From: Lama guanicoe
Taxonomy: Eukaryota
Direction of reading: 5' to 3'
Assembly (NCBI GenBank): GCA_013239625.1
Contig: MU055269.1
Coordinates: 2,410,441 to 2,474,440 of the forward strand
DNA length: 64,000 nt
Part shown: one piece after another, positions 24,541-37,511 of the stretch
Position numbering within the stretch: the first letter of the stretch is position 1
Layout: every line of letters starts with the position of its first letter
The notes under the pieces: model-generated
What the model saw: the letters and a program-made list of their open reading frames with translations, nothing else
The model's database searches: none
Told to the model about the DNA's origin: nothing
Made by a program: the position numbers and the translations under genes

Positions 24541-26649
24541 TAACATGAACCCGGGCTTCTCAAGCTGTCTTGACACTGAGACTGTACACCCAAGGAGAGA
24601 ACCACAGTGAGTTCCATGAACCCCGCTGTGGACTCGTGGGTCTCGGTTGGGGAAGATACTGCTCAGTTTTGCATGATTTTAGTTAAGTCTCTCAAAGCAG
24701 TGGAAGCCACCCCAATTTATTATGATGCCTTGTGAATCAGCATTCATGGGACTAGGGGAGGGGGAGAGAAAAGCAGAGAAGAGGGAACAAGGGAAGAGGT
24801 GGAAGACGACCTGCTTCGATTTGCCTTTGTCCTCCTGGGGAGAACGTAGGAGCACGTCCTTCCCGTCTGCTCGCCCGCATCCCCTGCTACGATGTTCTCT
24901 CTGTAGAGCGAGTGTCTCAAGTCCCTCCTCCACAGCAGTAATGGGGGCAGCTACCCGCCTTCTCCCGGATGAACTGGCTGCCGAGACCGTGGCTTTGCTC
25001 TGGGTCCAACCCGCAGACCAGACGACCTGCTCATTTTGTGGACTGGCTCCGACCTTCCCTGCATTTGTTTCTAACCAGTTACAAATCCTACTTGTCAGAG
25101 TTCCACTGAGGATTTCCATTTTATTTGGAGGATTTTAAAATCACTCCAAGAAATCCAGACAGCTGGGGAACATTTTTGTTTTCATTGTTCTTTTTTAAAC
25201 AGAGCCCAAATGTCCATTTTGCGCTGTATGTTTTTCGAACGGATATGTTTGTAGATCAACTTGATGAGCTCCCAGAAAATGTGATGTCATAGTGAATATA
25301 TTTAACTTCAAGGATGAGCAGTTGATCTGCAATAGACATGATGTTAGAACATGTGATATGGGAAAATTTTACAGCAGGCCAATTACGTCTCTATCTAATC
25401 AAGGGCGGGTGAATTGCTTAAGGAATAATAAACTATGTACCCACAGGCCTGGAGTCCCAAGGTCGATTCTCGGAGCATCAGTGGTCACACGGACTCAGTT
25501 TGTTACAATTAGGCTCACTCTGCAGCCGGCGTCTGTCCGCTGACTGGAGTGTGGGAAATGTTTCTTCTCTTGTATCCCCTCTTGCATAAAGTCTTCTGCC
25601 CCAGGATCCTCACAATGGCTGCCTTTCCCTCGAGGTTTGCAAATAGTCCAGCTTACACTGGTAGAAATTTCCCATCAGCTGTCAGCGTGTGGCAGACATA
25701 TCGGCACAATGTGAATCGTGACACGATGTTTATAAAGCCGGGGAAAGGGCGCCAGTGGGTGGCTGTCGACTCGAGTGATCGCTTAGCCTTTTTCAGAGAC
25801 CGCCTTGTTTCACTTCCGGAGCTGCTCCTCGTCTCTTGGCTTCAGCGGCTGACGGAGCAGTGCTTACCTTCCTGGAGCCCCTGGGTGACTCTCCGTAGTC
25901 GCCTGGGTCCTTAGTGGGGACCCTGCCCTGAAGTTCTCCCTACTTGGTCCAGAAATAGGTGCAACCCCCAACACCCTGGAGTAGACGCACCCTGTTTGCT
26001 TCAACCCAACGGGTCATGTTTAGAGCCTGTGGCGATGACATACGGGCAAGTGTATGTTTTTATAATGACAATAATTTCAAGGTCCACATGGGATTTTCAC
26101 ACATTGAAGGCTACGTATCTCTTGCCATTTTAAGATGTTATGCATTTCACATGTGTCAAATCTCTCTCTCTTTTTCTTTTTGGTTTACCTCCTTGCTTTG
26201 TAACACACCCCTTTGTCTTATTCAGTCTTGGCATATTTTTAAGAATTTATTTTCCCGGGGACTTGCACAGGCGCTTTTACAAAATCTAGAACAGCGCTGT
26301 TTCTGTAATTTTAAAAACAAAGCCCGTGCTGAGAAAACTTGCTTCTGGGCTTCTCCGCAGGAGGGTGAGTTGGGAGACCTTGGGGTAAGGAGTTTTCTCA
26401 GCTACGTTGTGGGGAAAACACTGTGTGTGTTAAAAGCAAATCTCTCCTACATGGCGTGCCCTGAAGTCCTGTCTCATCGCTGTCCAGGGAGATGTCGCTT
26501 CATGGTCTCTATATTTTTTGTGCTTTGTTTGCTTGCTTTTTCAAAAGGAGGTAAAAAAAAAACAATAAACATGTACAAAACAGGCTTCAAAGTTTCCTGA
26601 AACAGCTAGGGAAATCATTTTCATGTTTTTCTTTTGGTGCCTTATTTAT

Positions 26650-26735
26650 TCATTTATTTAATTTTTAGCCAAGTGTAGTCTGTTTACAGTGTCGTGTCAG
26701 CATCTGGTGCACGGCACCTGCTTCAGCCGTACGTG
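26650..26735 (-). mobile_element. Short L1 3'-end fragment
   Basis: aagtgtagtctgtttacagtgtcgtgtcagcatctggtgcacggca. Confidence 0.6.
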
Positions 26736-27439
26736 ACATTTCCATGGTTTAGCCCTTACATCTGTGAAGGTTTAACTTACACACTTTTATAGCCTTATCA
26801 TGTGAATTATCTCTTAAAGACAGTGATTTTTTTTCCTAAGGGATTTTTCTACGGAAAAGTGTCAGTAAGACATTTTTCTCTTTACTGGGGATCAGGAATC
26901 GCGGAGCAGAGGCTGTTGGGAGAAGTTCTGGTTTTGGGTGAGCGCCGGCAGCTCAGGACATTCCCAGAGCTGCTTTTATCTTGTGAAGGTGAGACCAGTG
27001 ACTTTAAAAGGCTGATTACTATGATTTTACCAGCTAGTTTCAAATAGTAGGCAGTTTCAACCGAGAACCGGTTTCCCACTGGTCTCACTGTAATTCACGC
27101 CACCAGCAAACTCAAATGAGCTCTCGGTGATGCTTAAAAACCTCACTACATCCGGTCATTGTTCAAAAAGGACCACGTCTCACTCTCTCTCTCGAACCGT
27201 TGACACTCCCACGTCTTCTCTTGTCGTGAGAAATTGGCTGACACAGTTAGAAGGAAACGCTCTTATTTTGTCCCCTTGAAATTTACCAGCCGGCCTTCGT
27301 CTCTGTCCGCCACCTGCCTCCACTTCCTCCTCCATCATGTCTTGTGCTATGAATTCCACTTCCCTGCTCTTCCAAGAGCTTCAACTTCGTAATCAAACCC
27401 TCCCTCCCTTGAATGTTCACAATCTCCCCCCTGCATCCT

Positions 27440-28140
27440 CTGGCCAATACACAGACACCGTTTAGCATTTCCTGTATCAAAACAAGCAAACCCCAGCCTT
27501 TGACCCACTTGCCCCAGGAAGGCTCTGTTCTCCTGGCTCCTCAGCAGACCGCCTTGGGCCTACGACTACCATGTTCACCTTCCACCTCCTCCCTCCTGGA
27601 CTCGGTCTGTCCGGGACTCAGCCCCCACCACTCCCTGAAGTTGCTCTGGTCAAGGTCACCCAGGACCAGCTTGCTAGGCCCTGAGCTTGTCTCTGTCCTG
27701 ATCTTAATGAGCCCAGACGCAGCCATCAGCACCCTTGACTGCACCTTCCCTTTCCCGCGAGCGCTGTCCTCTCTCAGCTCCGAGTCGCCGTCCCCGCTTC
27801 GCCCCATCCCCAGGCGCTGACTTCCCTTTGTCTTTGCTGGCTGTGTTGATTTCTCTCCTCTGACGGAGTCTGACGCTGGAGCTCCTAGCCTTCTGCTTGC
27901 CTGTCTACACCGTCTTCTCACTTAAACACGATCTATAGAAGGATTAATCCCATTTTCGCATCTTCAGCTCCAGCTTTGTGCACTGAGCTCAGAACTTGTG
28001 TGGACGTCTGATTCAGTGTCGCTATTTGGGTGTGTGCCGTTCATGTAAACCTAATTTGACCAAAACAGAACTCCTGATTTCTCTCAGTCTTGACCCGAAA
28101 CATACATCTCCTTTGTCACCCATCTTTCCCCCATGCTTTT
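27440..28140 (+). mobile_element. LINE-2 (L2) remnant
   Basis: ccaccactccctgaagttgctctggtcaaggtcacc...tcttcagctccag...gaccaaaacagaactcctgatt, hallmark L2 segments. Confidence 0.75.
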
Positions 28141-28739
28141 GTTTAACATGGAGTGGGTTGTATTCATTAAAGTAAAATTTAAAAACATTGAATTCTCGAT
28201 AAGGAAAATATAAACAAGAAAGAACAAAATAAAACAGCACAAACCCACCAACCGTCACTGCCGAGCGTGGCGTCGGTCCTGCCCAGCGCTGTTCCGCGCA
28301 CTTTTACACCAACGGGGTTTTGTTGGTTATGATTCTTTCAGCTTCAGGAGACAGCAAGTTAGTTCAGACCAGTGTAAGCCAAAAATGAGTATTCCCGCTC
28401 AGAGCACTGAAAAGCTGGTGGGTGATGCTGCCAGACCCAGGGGCTCAAATCAGGTGGGCGCACAGCACACCGCAGTGGACGCGGCTGCCCGGCCGGTTGG
28501 GAACTGCTTTCCCACGAGCGCCAACGGGAGGACAGGGGACGAACCTCACTGGTCCAGCAGGGTCACAAACCCACTGAGACACAATCACTATGCTGGGGCT
28601 GCCCTGTGTGGTCAGGTGCCTTCCCCGACACCCACCAGCCCACAGGAACCCAGAAAAGTGGGAGGAGGGCTCCCCCAGAGAAATACTGGGCAGGCCCCCC
28701 AGAAAGGTCTAGCTCAGTAATCATACTCGTGTGATATTT

Positions 28740-29250
28740 TTTATGCTGTTTCTCTCATTAATGAGGGACCAGGATCACCTTTCTGTGTCAATAAATATAC
28801 TTTCGGCAAAACCAGCCTAAATGACTGACCTGTAGTCAGACGGGGGTGGCTTTGCAATTTAACCGTCCCTCACCGATGGACGCTTAACAGTACTTCCAAT
28901 TTCCTTCAAGACAATCAGTTGTCCATGAATAGCCTTTAAGTGAAACATTTGCACATAAGCATTGAATTAACTATTAACATGCTTCAACCTTTTCTAGAAA
29001 CAGAATTTCTGAGCTGAAAAGCATGCACTTCTAATGTTTCTGATAAGATTTTTGTCAGTTTATCACTTAGAAAATTATGCAGATACATGCTCCCACTAGC
29101 AAGATATGCAATTACTGATTTGTGCACAAGGGAAATGTGCACAATTGATTTTTTCATATCCATATAATAAGTTTTCCCCCATCTTTTTCAAGTCATACAA
29201 ACAATTTTAATTTTGTTTTACTTTGCATCTATCTGATTACTAGTGAGGAT
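28740..29250 (-). mobile_element. Ancient L1ME-like fragment
   Basis: ttctagaaacagaatttctgagctgaaaagcatgcac...tttgcatctatctgattactagtgagg. Confidence 0.55.
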
Positions 29251-29850
29251 CCATTAATTTTGGATTCACACTGTCCCTGCTGAATTTCCCAGGAGGGTAG
29301 CAGCATCCTGTGAGCCAGCTGGAGGGCTGCAGCCTCCAAACAGCCTTCCCGGAGAAGCCATGGGGTAGCAGCGATGGGCTAAGCCGACTAGTGATTTATT
29401 CACTGAGTGTGCACAAGGGGGCGAGCCCTGTGTCAGAGCATCCCCGTCTCCTCTCAGCCCTGCCTGGCCTCCTGCCTGCATCCCCTCCAGCCTCCTTGAC
29501 TCCTCCGCCTCGTTTCTCAGCTCAGCCGGCTCCTCAGCCGTGTGCTCTTGTCAGTCCTGCCCCGGGATGGTCTGCCGTCCACACCCTCCTCCACACTGTC
29601 CGACCTACAGCAGCCCCTGCCTCCCCCACCACAGCCACGGACCCCCACCCGGTTTGATGGTCCTCACGGAACCTGCTCCCACCTGGAGTTCCTGTGTCCC
29701 TTTTGGTCTTTGGATTCTGTGCTTTCCCGTTAGAATGTATCCTGCTCATGCAGTGTCTGGAAATGATTGTCTAACGGTGGACTCTGGGACACTGAGGCAG
29801 GGGAGCAGAGCAGGTGAGGGAGCTGCTGGCCCACCCAGGGTCCCTGACCC

Positions 29851-29864
29851 GTCACCATGGCAAC
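29851..29864. promoter_or_regulatory. RFX X-box motif (GTCACCATGGCAAC)
   Basis: Exact fit to GTNRCC-N2-RGYAAC. Confidence 0.55.
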
Positions 29865-30667
29865 CCTTCACCTCATCTCCACTGGGGACTGCTCCCCTCC
29901 GCCACGACTGCCCCCTCACACAGCCCAGGGTGTGCGATGTCCCCTCTACCCGGTGGCTTGTGGTGCTGCTCACATCGAGGACTGGTCCTGTTGTTTCCTA
30001 TAGTTTGTATTCACTGTGATTGAGTTAAAAGTCTCATTTGCTAAAGAAATTGGGCATTCACTTCCCTGAGCAATGTCTCCTGGGAGACATTTGGATTGAC
30101 TAGTTTGGAGTTCTTTCAAGTCCAAACTACGATTTGTATGATGTTTAGAAATCCCGCAACAGTGGATCTCAGATTTTGTCTAAACTGTAAGTGAGCAATA
30201 TTAAATTCTTAGGACATCTCTATAGAAAAATATAAAAATACCTCATAAAGACAAAATTAAAAAACAGCAAAAAATCCTTCGCTAAGTCCTTGGTAAGCAT
30301 TCTCTCTCAAAGTTTTTCTTTCTTTCTTATTAATGCATTTCAGCATGATTTATACTAAACTGAATTAAATGGTAGCAAGGTTATTGAAATCGAATCAGCA
30401 ACAGTGTTTGTAGACCATAATTTAATCAGCGGGGGAGGTGGAAGGTCAAGCTATTTCTCATTCACTGGAATTTTAATTCTGCAAAATATACTAGTTCAAA
30501 CTAAGGTTATGTTTGCATCTATTCCACAGAGATTAATTTAATATTTTGAGCATAAACGATACATCATTGAAAGAGCTTTTCTCCTCATAAAGGAATGTTC
30601 CAGACAGGCTGGCTTGTGTGGTTGTTTCTCAACCGCCGAGGGCTTAGCTTTCGAAGACAGCTGATTG

Positions 30668-30954
30668 TCACATAGACCCAGGAAACGAACTATGGATATC
30701 AAAGGGTAGGGGGCTGGGGGGGAAACTTAGGAGTTTGGGATTAGCAGATAGGCACTACTGTATACAAAACAGGTAAACAACAAGGCCCTACTGTGTAGCA
30801 CAAGGAACCATATTCAATAGCTTGTAATAACCTATAATGGAAAAGAATCTGTATATGTGTATGTATGACTGAGTCACTTTGCTGTCCCTCTGACACTAGC
30901 ACAGCATGGTAAGTCAACTACAGCTCAATAGAAAAATTTCAAAAAAAATTCAAA
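30668..30954 (+). mobile_element. 5'-truncated L1 insertion with A-rich tail and perfect 14-bp target-site duplication
   Basis: L1 3' UTR (ggagtttgggattagcagat...ctactgtgtagcacaaggaaccatattcaat...aagtcaactacagctcaata). TSD AAGACAGCTGATTG at 30654-30667 and 30955-30968. Confidence 0.92.
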
Positions 30955-31429
30955 AAGACAGCTGATTGCCACCTGTGGACAATATTAATGGAACGACTCA
31001 GGTAAAGAGTAAACCGGTAAAGAACAAACTCGCCCTTTGTGTGGGAGCTGTTTTGTTTGCACCACCGAACCATTTTCTGGGGTTGGATGAGTTTGTAGTC
31101 TGTGACCTGCCTGGAGGGCACCGCCAAGGACTATTTCGTCTTCCAGGCAGATGAGTGGGTGACCCCACCCCGGTCTGTCACATGAATAACCGGGAGGGCT
31201 CATTAAATACAGACCTTAAATCAATGCAGAAACAGTATGTTGAGAAAAACCTACGTTTGGCCATAAATGCTACGTAACCCTGGTTCTGTGTGTTTGCAAG
31301 CATCATTACACGTTACGTCAGGTCGGCTCTGATATGTCTCCTGCTTTTTTTTGTTGATGTACAGTCAGCAGGACTGGGTGTGCCCCTTGTCCTCAGAGCC
31401 TGTGAGAGAAACCTCTGCTCTCTCTGGTT

Positions 31430-31950
31430 CTTTTCTTTGAAAACATTTTTCTTTGAGCTTAGATTTCTCTCAGACAGTTATTTTCTCCTTCAATATTTTA
31501 AATGCATCCTCTGTTGCCTTCCGGCTTAGTCACTTCTGGGGAGAAGTCGGCTAGATGTCTTTGTTCCTCTGTGTGGAATACGTAAGCTTTCTTTTTTCTG
31601 GCTACTTTCTCTTTATCTATCCCACCCCCCGCCCCAGCATTTAACTGAGAGTATTTTTATGTGTTTGTTTATTTGTTTATCCTGCTTAGGATATTCTGAG
31701 CTTCTTGGATCTGTGGTTTTTCTTTAATTTTAGAAAATATATGTTTTTGTCCTGTTTAGTCTCATGTTTCCTTCTAGGATAGTGATTGCATGTGTGTTGG
31801 GTCATTGGTGGCATCCCACTGGTTGTGAGCTTACTATCATTTTTTCTTTTCTCATTCTTGTTTCTCTTTGTATTTGAACTGACAGAACGTTTATGAGCCT
31901 AGCGTCAAGCTCATGGCTTATTTTCTCAGGTGTCTCCAGTTGGAAGAGAA
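31430..31950 (-). mobile_element. Old L1M fragment
   Basis: tgttgccttccggctt...ttctggggagaagtc...ttatcctgcttagg...tgagcttcttggatctgtgg. Confidence 0.6.
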
Positions 31951-32391
31951 GCAGGGAACCCTTTTCTTCTTCCACTGGCCAGAAATGCAAGATGGTTTAT
32001 CTGCCTTGAGAGAAAAGAGAGAACACTGAGAAAGCCCCACAGCTCGGGTACTCAAGCTCATCTGCTGCTGGGATGGGCCCCGGGGAGCAGGAGGTGCACC
32101 CCGCTTCCAAGGGGAGGACCACGTGCCTGATGGGAGGCCCTGCCTGTGCTGCAGGTGTCTCTGGGCTCAGCTGTAAGCCACGGATGGATGAGGCACTGGG
32201 GAAAGTCTCCAGGATTCTGGCCCTGCTCTAAGCACAAGTTGACATCAGCCCACCTGCTTTCCACATCCTCAGCAGAAGCAGGACTCCTGCAGCACAACTT
32301 TTCTCTTAGATGAGTCACCCCAGTATTAGAAGTGCTAAAGGGCTGTATTTCAAGATTTTGAAATTTGTGTATGTATGTAAGTATTGAAAGT

Positions 32392-32938
32392 ACCCTCCTA
32401 CACTACTGGTGGAAATGTGGCTTAGTGCAGCCACTATGGAGGATGGTATGACGGTTCCTTAAAAAACTAAAAACAGACTTACCCTATGACCCAGCAATCC
32501 CACTCCTGGGCACATATCTGGAGGAAACTCTAATTCGAAAAGNNNNNNNNNNNNNNNNNNNNNNNNNNNNNNNNNNNNNNNNNNNNNNNNNNNNNNNNNN
32601 NNNNNNNNNNNNNNNNNNNNNNNNNNNNNNNNNNNNNNNNNNNNNNNNNNNNNNNNNNNNNNNNNNNNNNNNNNNNNNNNNNNNNNNNNNNNNNNNNNNN
32701 NNNNNNNNGTGGATGGATTTGGAGTGTATTATGCCAAGTTAAATAAGTCAGACAGAAAAAGGCAAATATCATATGATACCACTTTTATGTGGAATCTAAA
32801 AAATGACTCTAGTGAACTTACTCACAAAACAAAAACAGGCTCACAGACATAGAAAACGAACTTACGGTTACCAGGGAGGAAAGGGGGTGGAGAGAGAGAA
32901 CTGGGAGTTGAGAATTTGCAGATACTTACAAAAAAAAG
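32392..32938 (+). mobile_element. L1 ORF2 C-terminus and 3' UTR, interrupted by a gap
   Basis: accctcctacact...gcagccactatgga...tatgacccagcaatcccactcctggg and aaataagtcagacagaaaaaggcaaatatcatatgat...ctcacagacatagaaaac. Confidence 0.9.
32543..32708. other. Assembly gap (166 N)
   Basis: Run of N inside an L1. Confidence 1.
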
Positions 32939-35219
32939 GACTCAAATACTTTAGTCTAGGTTTTTGACACTCCAGTTTCTCAGTGAGTGTTTTTAATTTT
33001 GGAGTTTGAAATCCTCTTTTTAGTAATTTTCCTTTTCTGGAAGTCCCAAATAAGCGAAATTTATAAAATGCCATCGACTGTCACATGCAAAAGGCCAGTA
33101 AAATGTATTTATTAAATGAATGTCACAGGCATAATGATCCACTCTTGTGCCTTGAACGAGAATGTCAGCTCCTCTGTGGCTATTCAGTAAGTTAATGACA
33201 GAGTTGTTTCTAATCGCGGTGTGAGAGCACAGTTTAAAGGGAAAACAGCCACGTATGCTCAGTAAATTTGGGCTAGTTGGATGCAATGACTTACTATTGT
33301 CTCACAGTTCCTTTCCAGGCAGAACGCGGCACCTTAACACAGCATGTGTGCGTGTCTGTGAAGTCTCGCTATCAGAGCAAAGCGGTGGTCGAGCTAACGG
33401 CGGCCTCCCACATTTCCCCGAAGGCTTTAGAAACTAGAACTGCATCTGAGTGGCGTCCACGCCCCCGTCACTCAGTACGGAGACTGTTTTATTGCAGACT
33501 TTATATCCAGGTTTTCTACGCTGCACGACCTTTCTAATTGCAGCGATCATCTGCACATAATTTGGGCAAAATCTGAAGCACTTTCTAGCTTGCAGTTTTC
33601 AGATAATGACAGCAGTGTACGAGGTACACATGAGCTGGGTTCCAGATGTCCCTGAGCAGGTGAGCTGTGTGATGTTTGGCTGAATTCTCTAGAAAAAAGA
33701 TCATAGGATGGTTAATCTCCAGGCCAGTCAACATCTTTTTTTGTTTGTTTGTTTTTAATTCATCCTGTACCTGGAGAATGGCATGACCATTAAATTGGAC
33801 TTCAGAAATTCATCATTCATATCACGTGAACGTTAATCAGAGATGTGTCAGTCACACCCAGAGCGGAGCTTCCTGGAGAGAGGTCTGGACCACAGAACTC
33901 CAGAGTTTTCAATCAGTGGTTTACCCCTTCACTGCCGTGGCTCCTTGATTCTTGCATGGGATCTGCCCGGAAGACCAGACAAGGGCAGAAAGGCTGTGCC
34001 TTCTCTGCTGGTTGGCCCTTTTGACCTGCAACTGGTTCAGTTCTTAGCCCTGATGAGCTGCGTGGCTCAGGGTGATGTAAATTGCTTCTCACCCGTGGGA
34101 ACGAGTTCTGGGGGACCCCCGGCAGCACAGGATAAGCACGCGCCTTATCAGAGCGTGCATTTTATTTCCCAAAAGGGACTGTAACTCTTTTACATCAAAG
34201 CACTTTGGGATTGATGGGAGGGGAGGCTGTTTCTCCCTAAGACCTGAAGCGGTCCGACTAAGGTCGCTTTCACTGCAAGTCCGTCCCTCCGCATCCACAG
34301 GGCTGGCGAGGGGCGTCCTAAGGGCAGGAGTCTACCCCTCCTTCCAAGCAGGGGGCGGCCCTGGGATTGCCAACAGCACAGCCGTGGACTGAACTTAGGA
34401 CGTACTGAGGAAGCCTCAGTGGAAAAGGGAAAACTAAAAAGCAGGACCTGCCGTGGAGATGCCAAAGCTTCATGGTTTTCCCCGGATTAGTGTCAGCCTC
34501 ACGGGGCCATCTGTCCCCTCCACGCCGCCGGCCGGAGAGGGGGAGGGGGAGGGCCGGTTTCTCCCAGAGCTGGTGTTCCCTCGCGTTGGAGATCACGTTG
34601 GAGGCTCAGCGGTGCTCCTGCCATTCTCTGGGGACGAGAGTAAAGGGCAGGGGGCCTCTTTCTGGGGTGATGGCGTATCCTTAGATTGACTGTGCTGGTG
34701 GTGCACGTGGCCGTGAATGTGCCAAAAGCCACTGCATTGTGAGCTTTCAATTTGCTGCGGTGTGAATTACATCTCAGCAAAGCTGTGTAAAATCCCCAGT
34801 TGTGTCTGCACCTCGTGGGGCCGTTTTCCCAAGCTTTGCCGCGTGTCCGTCCGTCTGGGGCAGGACACACGCTGTCGGCTATTAGACGTCTCAGGCTTTT
34901 GTGACGTTCCCCTTGTAGAGTTAGTGCTCCCTCTTACGAGGCACGGGTGTGCTTTCTTATGGGGTAAAATTTAAAGACCATGGAATTCTTGATAAGGGTA
35001 TGCTTTAAAGTTTTGACAAATTTATGAATATGTGTAATTACCACTGCCGTCAACAAAGAAAACATAACCCCCACGCAAGTTATAACTGAAAATAAGCATC
35101 GGGGCTTTGCATGTTGGGGAGCACTTCCAGGGGACGGATGACCCCGGCTCTGGCAATGCGACTGAATGCATAGGGTCTGCTGGAGCTGAGGCCCTTAAAC
35201 TTAACATCATCTGGGAACA

Positions 35220-35830
35220 GAAGATCTTGTATCTGTTTTGTGAAGTGCTTACCAAGGATGTCATTGTTTTTGAGTCAGTATAAAAAGCATTGGGCTTTCG
35301 ATGTCATCTCCTTCATGGTCATGGTTAGTGATAAAAATGTACGTTGTTTTTGCCTCATCTGATTTTGCTGAACTCACTTATCACGGGAGTGTTTGTAGAT
35401 TCCTTGGGGTTTTGCAAACCTACAAGCATGTCATTGGCGAACAGTCACGGTTTCATTTCGCTTTTCTGTCTGCCTGCCTTTAACTCCTCTGTCTTGCTTT
35501 CGCACCAGTTAGAGCTCCCAGGACCACTTTGGATGAGTAAGCAGAGCAGTCAGCCTCATTTTTTCTTAATTTTGGGGGAAAGATTTCACAGTAAAGGATG
35601 GTCTAAGCCTGGGGGTTTTGTGGATAATCCTGCACAAGCTGGCGCAGCTCCCCGTAGCCCTAGTTTGCGGATAGTGTTTATCATGAACGGGTGTGGGATT
35701 TGTCCAGTGCTTTTTCTGCATGGATGTATTTTTTCGTCATATATTTTTTCCTTTTCAGACTATTGATAATACTCCAGATTACATTGATTTTTGAATGTTG
35801 AACTAGCATTGCACTTAGTCATGTTGTGTA
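35220..35830 (-). mobile_element. Old L1M ORF2 fragment
   Basis: ttgctgaactcacttat...tttgtagattccttggggtttt...atgtcattggcgaac...ttacattgatttttgaatgttgaac. Confidence 0.7.
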
Positions 35831-35834
35831 ATTC

Positions 35835-36136
35835 CTTTTTTATTGAATTATGATTGACATACAGCATGACATTTGTGTCAGTACATATACATAGTGACTC
35901 AGTATTTGCACACGTTACAAAATGATCATGGCGATATGTCTGGTTACCATCTGTCATCAGACAATTACAGTGTGATTATAATAACAATATTGTAGCTACT
36001 GGAGTTATAATATTACTGACTACGCCCCCTATGCTTACATAATACACCTTCGCGATCGGCTTTATAGCTGGAAGTCCGTAGCCCTCAATCCCCTTCACCT
36101 ATTTGCCCCCTTCCCACCCCTCCCCCCAGCAACCAC
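35835..36136 (-). mobile_element. L1MA-type 3' end
   Basis: ttttttattgaattatgattgacatacagc...tggttaccatctgtca...tatagctggaagt...ccccttcacctatttgccc...cagcaaccac. Confidence 0.8.
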
Positions 36137-36461
36137 GGGAGGAGAGAGGTTTCCAGAGGCTGTTACTCCACCACGTGCACTCACGTCGCCTCCGCTGGTT
36201 CTCATTTTGTAAGTTTACTCAGAACCCACACAGTTCAGGAGCAAGGGAAGCTTTCTGAGGCCAGAGGAAGCTGGGAAGGGGGTGAGACTAGATGGTTTTG
36301 TTCTTGTGAGACGGAGCCGGTCAAACCTCCCTGCTTATCGTCTCTTGATTCAGGGCGGCCTCTTCTCTCAGCACCATGGGGTAGCCCTGTCCTACGGGCA
36401 CAGTCAGGGACGATGTGGGTCTCAAGTAGAGCTCCGATCCTCTGTTATATCTACAAGCTTT

Positions 36462-36730
36462 CATGGGGCACCTGCCCTGCGTCTTCAGATTAAGTAAATT
36501 AAGAACCAAATTTTGCTTAGTAAGAATTTGAAAATCAGTTTTTTTTCTCTTAGCAAACAGGCTTGTCTGTTTCGGACACCACACTTCTCCAGCCGCCATG
36601 GGGCACCTGCCCTGCGTCTTCAGATTAAGTAAATTAAGAACCAAATTTTGCTTAGTAAGAATTTGAAAATCAGTTTTTTTTCTCTTAGCAAACAGGCTTG
36701 TCTGTTTCGGACACCACACTTCTCCAGCCG
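36462..36730. repeat. Perfect tandem duplication, 2 x 134 bp (period 135)
   Basis: 36462-36595 is identical to 36597-36730. Confidence 0.95.
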
Positions 36731-37511
36731 AGTCTAGTTACTGTGTTTTCTTTCTCTACGGTCCCTTTGATTTTAAAAATGAGGGTTATTTAAGGCTCTT
36801 AAAATACAGTTTTAACATTGTCATCTACGTCTATAATTTTACTTGGTACCAGTAATTATCCATTTGAAATTTGCTCAATCTAGATTAACTAAGACCTGCT
36901 CTTTGAGGTGATAATCACGACAGACTTCTCCGTCTGGACACTAAGCACGTCATTTTTTGGTCCACACCTTCCTTCCCCAGCTGTGGAAATACTTAATGGC
37001 ATCCAGTGAACCAGTCAGAAAATATTTTTTGCAGTATTTTGGTCATGTTGTACAAATTCAAGAAATAATGTCTATTTAAAGTAATTTATTCTTGTTTTGT
37101 TTCTTTGTGATCCAACTGGGCTGGAAAGGATAGTCTAGTGAGGTTCTTAGGTGAATGCTGTCTGAAAATTTTAACATTTTTCTTCTTGATTTTTTTCTCT
37201 TGTCGTGCAATACTAGTTCATTTGTGATAATAACCAAAAACACCCCTTTTTAGTTTTCACAAATGAGATTTAAAATAATTCTGCATGTTAGGAAAGGAAA
37301 ACAATAAAAGAGTCTTAATCCTTTGCACCTACATATTCTTTAGAGTAAGAAAGTATGATGGTGGCAGGAGCTGGGATAATTATTATTAAATATCAGAATG
37401 AGAGCAGACGATTTACAAGCCAGGTCAGATTTCTCTCGGAGCAGCCACTATGACAACCCACCTGTCAGTTGCCTTGTGGTAGCGTTGGTCTGTGGCTTAG
37501 CATAGCTGTCA

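Noticed and set aside
25959-26600. 213-aa plus-strand ORF
   Set aside because: GTG start, F/L/C-rich composition typical of T-rich non-coding DNA, no homology recognised and no clear splice framing.
36321-36719. ORF with an internally repeated peptide
   Set aside because: A by-product of the 135-bp-period duplication.
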